Of a DNA stretch of 64,000 bases, positions 8,886 through 17,700 are shown one piece after another (positions within the stretch are counted from its first letter, which is position 1; each line of letters begins with the position of its first letter). A model generated the notes under the pieces. The model did no database searches. It was given only the letters and a program-made list of their open reading frames with translations, and had not been told where the DNA came from. A program made the position numbers and the translations under genes. Source of the DNA: a virus; IMG/VR virus record IMGVR_UViG_3300025104_000001, positions 1 to 64,000 of that record. One strand, 5' to 3'.

Positions 8886-9545
8886 TCAATGTTTATTTAT
8901 CAATTGTGCTAAAACATTCTTAACTGACTCAAGCATTGCTTTTTCTCTTTCAGCGCGATTAGCAATGCGCTTTGCTCGTTTCTTGGCTTGCAAGAAAGAA
9001 ACAAATTCCTCATAAAGCAACGTATCATGCAAAAGTGCATCCAATGCCTGTTCATTTTCATAAACTGCTGTAACCAGAGCCTTGGGGGCTGAAGGGTTCA
9101 TAACTGCATCAACAGTGTGTAATTTGAAATCTTCACAAACCTCTGAAACGCCTTCTTTCAGGGTTCTTACTGAACCCGAACCTCTGGTAGATACACCCAA
9201 CACCACGCCACCTTCCAACATGGCTTGCATGATTTTACCGCATGGGGTATCCAGCACTTTAGCTCGACCGATGTAATCTTTGCCTTGTTTTGTCATTGAT
9301 TCAATCAAGATCGCTACACGGTCTGGATTGATTTGAGGGCTATTGGGGTGAGACAATTCACCAACCGCTCTCTTAGTATTTACATATTCGGAAACGAAGG
9401 AATTTACTTCTCTATCAAGGATGCTTTCTCTGTAGATACGCCTGTTCTTGTTTATCACTTCGGCTTGTGCAAACACGCCTTCGATAAACCAAGCTTGTCC
9501 TTCTTTCTTGCTTTCTGCAATTAGTTCGTTTTCGATTAATAGCAT
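8886..9545 (-). CDS. gp21: Prohead protease (gp21)
   Basis: N-x-N-x-R-x-Y, GELSHP, GVSTRG-x-GS, D-x-V-x-x-PSAP motifs. Confidence 0.96.
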   Translation of the reverse strand: MLLIENELIAESKKEGQAWFIEGVFAQAEVINKNRRIYRESILDREVNSFVSEYVNTKRAVGELSHPNSPQINPDRVAILIESMTKQGKDYIGRAKVLDTPCGKIMQAMLEGGVVLGVSTRGSGSVRTLKEGVSEVCEDFKLHTVDAVMNPSAPKALVTAVYENEQALDALLHDTLLYEEFVSFLQAKKRAKRIANRAEREKAMLESVKNVLAQLINKH

Positions 9546-9547
9546 TT

Positions 9548-9880
9548 TTATTTTCCGTATAGTGTTTTCATGCGAACCTTAGAGCGAATCATCGATCTCT
9601 TGGCTTTTATTTTGCGTGCCGATTTACCAACACGCCAAGCCTTACGAGCGGCTCTTCTTCTCGCTCTTTTTTCTTTTTGGGTCATCCTAACGAATTTGAT
9701 TCGATTGCCTTGGCGAACAACCTTATAGCCTTTTCGTTTCACTTTCACTTTACGGACAATCTTGCCCTTGCGAACAACTCGCTTCATTGCAACTTCATCA
9801 AGAAATTCGAGATGATGTGAAGCCTTCCAGTTTTCTAAAAGAGCATCCAGTTTAGCAAGAATTTCTGATTTGTCGAACAT
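9548..9880 (-). CDS. Prohead core protein (gp68-like)
   Basis: Very basic Arg/Lys-rich protein in the gp68 position. Confidence 0.7.
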   Translation of the reverse strand: MFDKSEILAKLDALLENWKASHHLEFLDEVAMKRVVRKGKIVRKVKVKRKGYKVVRQGNRIKFVRMTQKEKRARRRAARKAWRVGKSARKIKAKRSMIRSKVRMKTLYGK

Positions 9881-9881
9881 A

Positions 9882-10349
9882 TTATTTCTTCAACCCTACG
9901 TTTCCGCAAGCTGTAACGTCAACTGAATATGAACCATCTTGGCCCTTAGTTGCAACAACTTTGCCGTTCATTTTTAGAACGCCCGTTTCGTTGTCAAAAT
10001 CAAATTCTTGATCTAGATAATTGTTGTCAGCAAACCAATTCAAAACAGCATCCATGTCCTTCAGTTGGAGAGGTGCTTCGCTTTCCTTGACTCCCAACAT
10101 CTTTTCAAGGGCTTTCTCGGTCACGACCACCAAATCCTTAGAACCCATTTCCTTAACGAAAGCCTGTGCTTTAGCCTTTGATGCAAATGGGCCACCCACA
10201 ACATCTTCAGTTTCTTTGTCAAACACGAAGAAAGCTTCTTCGTTTAGCGAATCAAACATTGCCTGGGCCATTTCGTGGCGCAACATCTCAATCTTCTCGT
10301 GAGCTTTTTCTTGAAGGCTCAAAACAAGTTGTTCTTTGTTGAATAGCAT
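9882..10349 (-). CDS. Prohead core protein (gp67-like)
   Basis: Position directly after the portal gene; late promoter upstream; LNE/LQE protease-site-like motifs. Confidence 0.55.
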   Translation of the reverse strand: MLFNKEQLVLSLQEKAHEKIEMLRHEMAQAMFDSLNEEAFFVFDKETEDVVGGPFASKAKAQAFVKEMGSKDLVVVTEKALEKMLGVKESEAPLQLKDMDAVLNWFADNNYLDQEFDFDNETGVLKMNGKVVATKGQDGSYSVDVTACGNVGLKK

Positions 10350-10377
10350 GCGTAATTCCTTAGTTCAATTTTTTGTT

Positions 10378-10385
10378 TATTTATA
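10378..10385 (-). promoter_or_regulatory. Late promoter TATAAATA
   Basis: Exact consensus upstream of the gp67-like gene. Confidence 0.85.
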
Positions 10386-10397
10386 TCAAAGACAAAA

Positions 10398-11939
10398 TTA
10401 GAATCTGCCTCCACCCATTCCTTCTTCAGGATCGGGTTTAGGTTCATTCTTGATTTGAGAATCAATATCTTTGATTTCTTCATCCGTTAGTGAAAGGACG
10501 TTCTTCTTAATCCATTCTTGAGAGAAGTATTTACCAACATATGGGTCAAGCTGTTGCATCAATGCAGCGCGGGACTGCCACATCTCATTAAACATCAACT
10601 CATCCCAATAAGAGTCTGTCTGCCACTTGAATGACAAATGAGCAGAAATTTCATCAAAATCAGAGTCATCCATAATCTTCTTAGTGATGACCTGAATCTT
10701 CAACAATTGAACGAACGTCTCAGAGAACTTAGAGCGTAGGTAATTGATGAATTTTGAGAACTTAACTTCTTCTCTAGTGATTTCGGCGGAACGTCCCAAA
10801 TTGAACGTTGCTTCACTTTGTAGGCGAGATATTGGAATGTTCAATGATTTGAACAGCTTTTTGTAGAAGTATTCTACGTCTTCCAATTCGCCTAAGTTTT
10901 GACCGCCTTGCAATGTAGTGACTTCTGTACCTCTGCCACCTTCACGACGAGGCAACCAATAGTCTTCCAACATTGAAAGAACATTTCTTTGATTCTTAAT
11001 TTCACCTGTATTAGTATCATAAACCATCTTGTTCTTAAAGCGGTTCATAATACCTTGTAAATATTGCTCTGCCTTGGTCTTAGGCAAGTTACCAACATCT
11101 ACATAGAAGATTCTACGTTCAGGTGCTCTTGCTAGGCGATAAATGACAAGCGAATCTTCCAAAAGGCGCAATTGATTTGCTGCCTTAAGTGCTTTGTCTA
11201 GGTGTGAAATTGCAATGTTGGTTCCGTCTTCTTTTTCTCTGAATAGACCGCTATTTGAATAAGCGATTGCATCAGGATGAACCTTAATTGCTTGCTTTGT
11301 TTGGGTTACGGAGTTACCATAATTGCCTCTGCCTGCAATATAGGAATTGTAAAGGTAATAAACGTCTTTAATGCGTTCAATTTCAATACCTTGCTCATTA
11401 CGAATCTTCTCGGTTTCAACAACCTTTTTGATTGTACGAGGATCAATCCATCTAACACCAATTAGCCCGTTTGCTGGGTTTTTTGAATCCACAATGCCAT
11501 GATAATAATGTTTGCCGTCTATATACCATTGGCGGAATTTATCAGTTGCTGTTCTGTTGAAATTCATCAAGCCAAGAATGTAATTAAATTCTTCTCGTAG
11601 CCTTACTGCGATTTTTTCAGGCAACTTGGTTGATTTAGGAACTTGCAATGAAACGGGAAAATTCACAAAATCAGTTACAATTGCTTCATTCACAATTTCC
11701 TGGATGGCCCAATCCACCTCTGGTCTTGAGGCCAATTCTCTCCAAGATTCAATTAGTTCTTTCTCATTTGTATTACCTTGATCAACAAATTGTATTGCTT
11801 GACTGATAATACCACCCGAGTTCAAAACAATGGTATCATCCAAATTTGGAGGCGCAAATGATTCTTCCTTCTTTTCAGGAATCTGAATTTCTTTTTCGCT
11901 TTTTTTATCAAATTGACTGAAAAAATCAAATAATGCCAT
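10398..11939 (-). CDS. gp20: Portal vertex protein (gp20)
   Basis: WYIDG, RAPERRIFYVDVGNLP, EDYWLPRREGGRGTE, EITREEVKF; GGAG RBS before the ATG at 11939. Confidence 0.98.
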   Translation of the reverse strand: MALFDFFSQFDKKSEKEIQIPEKKEESFAPPNLDDTIVLNSGGIISQAIQFVDQGNTNEKELIESWRELASRPEVDWAIQEIVNEAIVTDFVNFPVSLQVPKSTKLPEKIAVRLREEFNYILGLMNFNRTATDKFRQWYIDGKHYYHGIVDSKNPANGLIGVRWIDPRTIKKVVETEKIRNEQGIEIERIKDVYYLYNSYIAGRGNYGNSVTQTKQAIKVHPDAIAYSNSGLFREKEDGTNIAISHLDKALKAANQLRLLEDSLVIYRLARAPERRIFYVDVGNLPKTKAEQYLQGIMNRFKNKMVYDTNTGEIKNQRNVLSMLEDYWLPRREGGRGTEVTTLQGGQNLGELEDVEYFYKKLFKSLNIPISRLQSEATFNLGRSAEITREEVKFSKFINYLRSKFSETFVQLLKIQVITKKIMDDSDFDEISAHLSFKWQTDSYWDELMFNEMWQSRAALMQQLDPYVGKYFSQEWIKKNVLSLTDEEIKDIDSQIKNEPKPDPEEGMGGGRF

Positions 11940-12010
11940 AGTGTCTCCAATAGATTGGAGGGGATTTGTTCCCTCCAATCTATTTATTTCAGAGATAGAT
12001 CATTCAGAGA

Positions 12011-12529
12011 TCACTTGACCTCATCTGTCTGCCAGTACTGGTAGGCCAAAGTTACAGTAAACTCTTCAACCTGGTCTGTGGAATCAAAAGACAAGTCAAC
12101 TGGAGAAACGTTTGTCGGAAATGCGCCAATCAACTGATAAGTTTTTAGCGCACTGCCATCACGGCCCAATTGAGTAATGTATAGATCAGCCCAATAGTTG
12201 TTAGGATTCACGACCCCTAAGTTGCCTTCGTGGGTGTTCAATAGAGCCATCCAACGCTCGAAAGCATTACGGATTGAGAAGTCAACATCGTTGATGATGG
12301 TCAAGGTCATTTCTTCAAATGTCCGATCACCTGCAACTTTGATTTGACGGCCCATGTAATAGACGTCGATTGGGTTTACCACGTCTGCAGGCAATTGTGC
12401 GCCTTTGCATAGGTATTCCATTTTACGACCAGCGTCACCGCCAACCGCCCCTGGGAAAATTTGTGTGACTCTGAAAAGGGAAGGACGTGCACCACCCTGG
12501 AAGTTTGCTTTGAAGTCGTTGATGTTCAT
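12011..12529 (-). CDS. gp19: Tail tube protein (gp19)
   Basis: GGARPSLF, GRQIKVAGDRTFE, FPT-x-VS, EEFTVT motifs. Confidence 0.97.
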   Translation of the reverse strand: MNINDFKANFQGGARPSLFRVTQIFPGAVGGDAGRKMEYLCKGAQLPADVVNPIDVYYMGRQIKVAGDRTFEEMTLTIINDVDFSIRNAFERWMALLNTHEGNLGVVNPNNYWADLYITQLGRDGSALKTYQLIGAFPTNVSPVDLSFDSTDQVEEFTVTLAYQYWQTDEVK

Positions 12530-12553
12530 TTTACCTTCCTAATTTCCTGATTA

Positions 12554-14464
12554 TTAAGCAATCTCTTCGAAGGCAACACCTGTTGGGGTTGCCACAAAAT
12601 TCAACTGAATAAAGTTGATTGAACGTGCAGGCTTGATGTAGATATCAGCGACAAACCCGTTTGAATCAATAACTTCTGGAGTGTTGTTTGTTGTATCGCA
12701 AACAACTTTGAAGCCCGTTACACCACGGCGTCCTTGAATGTCACGAAGGAATGGCTCAACCATACCAACGAAACGACCACGGGTGAAGGTGTCGTTGAAT
12801 TCAAACATTTGATACTTGGCAGCAGTAGCGATTGCCTTCTCTAGAACGATAAACAAACGGCGCACGTTGATGCGGTCGAATGCACTTGGCTTAGCCTGCA
12901 ATGTCTTGTCACCGAATAGGATAACACCTTCACCAACTTGGCTGGTTACTGGGTTAACGCCATTCACATACAAGGTGTCGCGTTCTGCCTTAGCACCTGG
13001 GTTGTAAGCCAGCTTGATAACGTTCTTGATGAAGCCACGGTTCAAGCCTGCTGGTGAGTACCAAGGATCGGCAACACTGTCAGTGTATGCACACAAACCT
13101 GCAATGTCACCTGATAGTGGAACCCAACGCATCTGGTCATTGTAACGGTCATACATTAGCTTCCAGCCGCTATCTAGAACGGCATATGAGCTTGATGTTA
13201 GTAAATTGCGGAAGTTCAAGATTGCTTGTAGTTCATTCCCCTTATTGTTCACCACAGCATTACGTGGGGGTGAAATCAGTGCAATGCAATCCTTACGAAC
13301 GTTCGCCACGTTTTCGATAACGTAGTTTGAAAGGGCTTGCTGGTCATCTTGGTTGTCTAGACCAGCAACGATCACCAGTGAAACGTCGATTGCCTCTGCC
13401 CTGCTGAACACTTCGTAACCAGCCATGCGCTTGCCAACTGTCACGCCTGTGGTGTTATCAGAAACACCGCCTGTTAGAACCACGCTAACTGGAGCGCTTA
13501 GTGATGAGAAGTTTGAACTTGAATCACCACCCCAGCCTGAAACCTCGTGGGTACCGCCGAACCAAACATACTTGGAATTGCGATTTAGAACATCTGAGTA
13601 GTAAGAAGAAGCGCCTGTATAATCCTTGGCGTCGTAAGCCTTTGATAGACCAACATAACGCTCTAGAACTGTACCAGCAGTGCCTGTCCAAAGACCTAGT
13701 TCGTCAACAACAACCAAGTGCAACTCATCGTTTGAACCACCCTTGGATGCAACGTATGAGCTTGTACCGGGAACACCGGTGTAAGATGTGAAGGTCAACG
13801 CCACATTTGCGCCGGTTGCTGTAGCAGGAGCGGTCAAAGTGATTTTGGTTGCAGAGTCAATTGATAGAATCTTTGCGCCCGAAGGGATGCCAACACCTGT
13901 TACTGACATGCCAACCACTAGGTTGGCTGTGCTTTGTGGAGAAACAAAAGTCACCACATCAGAATTATTGGTGGTAGAAGCGGTCTTATTCAAGGTTACT
14001 GAAGAACCGAACAATGAACGATATTCCCACGTTTCAAAGGTTGCAGAGTCTGCAAATGAAACACGAATTGAATTGCCGAGAGTGCCTGGATATTTGGCGA
14101 TAAACTTCACGCCAGTTAGACCCGAAACCTTTGATTCATAGTCAATGCTGTTTTCGATAACAGGCGCAACAGTGCCACCATTATAAGCGTTTGTGGCTGA
14201 ATTCCCAACCACACGAACAACGCGAAGGTTGTTTGAATATGCCAAGAAAGATGCTGCAGTGAAAAAGTCTGTGGCAGTGTCTGCATCGGGTTCTCCGAAG
14301 ATAGAAACCAAAGTCTTTTCGGAGTCAACGATTGTTGCCTCGTTCACCGGGCCCCATTTGAATACACCAGAGAAAGCCCCGATAGAAGTGGCTACGGCTG
14401 GCACAATCAGTGTAAGGTCGGTTTCCCTTACTTCCACTGACGGAGAAAGACTGAAAATTGCCAT
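12554..14464 (-). CDS. gp18: Tail sheath protein (gp18)
   Basis: SP-x-V-x-V-x-E-x-D, WGP, PWYSPAG-x-NRG, FDRINVRRLF, IKPARSINFI. Confidence 0.98.
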   Translation of the reverse strand: MAIFSLSPSVEVRETDLTLIVPAVATSIGAFSGVFKWGPVNEATIVDSEKTLVSIFGEPDADTATDFFTAASFLAYSNNLRVVRVVGNSATNAYNGGTVAPVIENSIDYESKVSGLTGVKFIAKYPGTLGNSIRVSFADSATFETWEYRSLFGSSVTLNKTASTTNNSDVVTFVSPQSTANLVVGMSVTGVGIPSGAKILSIDSATKITLTAPATATGANVALTFTSYTGVPGTSSYVASKGGSNDELHLVVVDELGLWTGTAGTVLERYVGLSKAYDAKDYTGASSYYSDVLNRNSKYVWFGGTHEVSGWGGDSSSNFSSLSAPVSVVLTGGVSDNTTGVTVGKRMAGYEVFSRAEAIDVSLVIVAGLDNQDDQQALSNYVIENVANVRKDCIALISPPRNAVVNNKGNELQAILNFRNLLTSSSYAVLDSGWKLMYDRYNDQMRWVPLSGDIAGLCAYTDSVADPWYSPAGLNRGFIKNVIKLAYNPGAKAERDTLYVNGVNPVTSQVGEGVILFGDKTLQAKPSAFDRINVRRLFIVLEKAIATAAKYQMFEFNDTFTRGRFVGMVEPFLRDIQGRRGVTGFKVVCDTTNNTPEVIDSNGFVADIYIKPARSINFIQLNFVATPTGVAFEEIA

Positions 14465-14507
14465 TGTTTACCTCGTTTAATGTTGATTATAGTGAAATCC
14501 TACTGGG

Positions 14508-14729
14508 TTATTTATTGTTTACCACTTTTTCGTAAATCTCAACAATAAGCGCCCTTAGGTCTTTCACTTCGTTCTTTAGTGAATTGAATTCGCGTTCCCT
14601 ATCTCGCTCTCTCATTAGATCGAGTTTGCGCTTTCGATAACGTAGCAATTCTTGTTCGTCTTTGTTAAGGATGGCTCCTGTTATGCTATCCCTAACTAAA
14701 CTCTCATTTCCTTTAACTTTTAATTCCAT
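14508..14729 (-). CDS. Conserved small T4-like hypothetical protein
   Basis: KVKG-x-x-x-LVRD-x-x-TGAILN motif followed by a coiled coil. Confidence 0.7.
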   Translation of the reverse strand: MELKVKGNESLVRDSITGAILNKDEQELLRYRKRKLDLMRERDREREFNSLKNEVKDLRALIVEIYEKVVNNK

Positions 14730-14747
14730 TATGAACCCCCAAAACTA

Positions 14748-17700
14748 TCAACTCGCAACTGCAATAGCTCTTAGTTCTTTGATTGAAGGTCGTCTGACGC
14801 TATTCCTTCCTTTTAGAACAATTTTGATCTGGAATTCATCAAATTCTGGAATATCGTCAACTCGTCTTTCGTGTTCAGTATATGTCTCATTGTCATATGA
14901 CACCGCAACATTCAAAGGAGCTATCTTAGTCCATGTTTTTGTTTCCAGATCTCTATTTTTTGCTGTTCTGTAATAAACCTCAATATCGTCTGCTTCTAGC
15001 TTGTTTTCGGTTGTGAAGATTCTCAACGAATCAGCAGCAGTCTTCAAACGAATTGTCCGGGTAACGATCTTACTTGCAGCCTTGCCATCTGCCATATTTG
15101 CAGCGTTTTCATTGTCATTTGAAGGTTTGTTCAATGCCAATGATGCAACAACCACAGAGTTCTCACTCAAGCTTAGTACAGGAGCAACATAGTCGTTTGC
15201 TGTTGTAATGGTGGCTTTGATCTGAATGCTCTTAGATGTTTCGTTCTCAGCAGTTTGAACCAAGGCCACTTCTTGCAGCGCATTCGAGTCCTTGTTCTTC
15301 ACTTGTTGTTCTTTAATCTGAACTTTAGGCGTTTGACCGCCATCAAAATCCTTACCAGTAATTAGGTTCGCAAAATAACGAACATTTGACTCTGGTGGAA
15401 CGAACTCATCAGCCAATAGACGATACATGTAATAATTGATGTTGGAATCAATATAGACATAGCGACCCACATCTTCAAAGTAACCTGTCTTGTTTGCAGG
15501 TGTTGTCACTTCAATTTTGTAATGATTGATGTCTACAACTTCCTTGACAACGTGATTGCCGTAGATCTCGCTCATTGGGATGTTGTTGAACGCCGTTGCG
15601 GGGCTTGCTGAATTGCTTGTTGAACCAACTGCGTTCTCTGGTTGAATCTTAACAATGCCATTCACTTCCATGCCATGGTTGTCGTGTCTCACAGTAATGA
15701 AACGACTACCTGATGTTGTATAGAAGTTTGACAATTGAACACGGCGACGTGCTGCACGACCGTCGTTCTCGAAAATCCAATCCGCTGAAACAGAAGTATT
15801 GAACTTGGCTCGGTAAATGCGGAACTTAATGTCTTCCAATTGGAACGGTGTCCATGTTGAAGCGTTCTGAGACTTAAACAATGAACCCAATGATGGTTGT
15901 TCGCCAACAACCCGATCCTCGTTCACAACCTTTTCTCCCAAGCGTGATATCCATACATGATATCTTGAAGACTTACCGAAGACCACGAAACAGAACTCTT
16001 TGCCTGCTGGAATCCAGATTGGCTTGTCGAATACAAAGGCGGTTGCTGCGGTTGAATCATCGGAAACGTTAACTTGGTCTGGACTCAATCCCACTAGAGA
16101 ACCAGGAATTCTCTCATTGACGGGATAACCGTTATACATTTCACGGAGTTCAAGGAACACTGGCGCCACGGGGTCTTTCTTCCAGAAGAATAGTTCAACC
16201 TTGGTAATGAACATGCCAGCGGCTGGTACGTTGCCAGTGAAGAATGATTGTGCCAATGGGTCGTCGCCGCCACCGCCGTCGAAGACTGGTTGAAAGCCTA
16301 GGTTTGTGAAGGTTGTTGTTTGACGGTTCACTGTAGTGACACGGTTCACTGTAGTAACACGATTGATAGTGTTGACCGTGGTGTTTGTAATGTCAATAAC
16401 TTCCTGCATTGTTCTCAATGTGCCGTTTGCGGTGTATGTAGCAGATGCTTCACACTCTACTGCCGCATCGGGGAACTGAAGAACGTTAGTATCGGCGATA
16501 GCGAAAGTCTTTGAGCCAGTTGAGAACCGACCCGGAGGAATTTGGAAGTCACCCATTAGGCGACCCATAGGGTCTGATACCAAAGGATCGCCCCATGCAC
16601 CCGCAACCTGGGTCACAGGGTTAACTGGCCTGCAGAATTCGTTCACATCAACCGCATCAAATGAAGCCCAATAACGAGTGTTTGGCTTGGATGCTTTCAC
16701 TTCAAAACGAACAGTTCTTGAACGCATGAAAGGAATAACACTGGTACCAATCAAACGGGTTGAACGTGCTTCAGTTGAGGTTGTTACTGATGATGTTGTG
16801 GTTGTAGTGTCGGATCCAACATCACGAGTTGATTGGCCCACAATCACTGTCTCTGGAGCAGGTGCTGACCATCCGAAGAAGCCTGAAACCGAACGTGAAG
16901 AATTAACCACGTTAATGGTATTGTTCACCACAGTGCTCTCATTCACGATGGTTCGAGATAGGTTAGTGATGTTTGTAACAGAAGGCGCCCACTCTGTTTC
17001 AATCCAAGTATCATTTGATGGAGTCAAATTCATGCTTGGATTCCATTTGATGATAAGGTATGGGTTGATTGTTTCTGTTGCAGTGGCGAATGGCTGCTGA
17101 ATTTCAACGACTTCGGTGTATGGTAGGAACACCTTGTCGCCCTTGATAACAAAGTTAGATGATCTGGTTTGATTCAAAACGAGATTAATGTTATCTGAAT
17201 ATTCTAGTGGAATGACCTTGTTCTGCTCAGGAACCAAAGTAGCCTGAAATCCACCGTCAAATGGACTGAATACACCAAAGTCTTGGAAGTCGGATACAAA
17301 GAAACCCGACTTGAAGCGATCTAGACCGTTTGCGTCGGTGATCTTCATCTCCTTTGTCTCTAGTTCCTTCAATGTCAATGTTGTGTAGTATTCTAGGTTT
17401 TCGATACGGCGCTCTAGCTTACCAATGTCTCTCATTGTGTAGCGGCGGTTATCATCTTTCTTATACTTGACGAAAGCAGCCTGACGAGTGTAAGCAGGGA
17501 CAATCAATGTCGCCAATGACATTGCATCCACAGGGGTTTCAGGGTAACGAGTGACACCCGGAACACCGTAGATATACCTGATTTCACCGTTCTTGTAGTA
17601 AACGATACGATCCCAACGGTCTACGAAATATGCAGCGTCATAGATGATCGCCTGTCCTGATTGCGGGGCCCAAACGTTTCTTACTTCTGGGAAGAAAGGC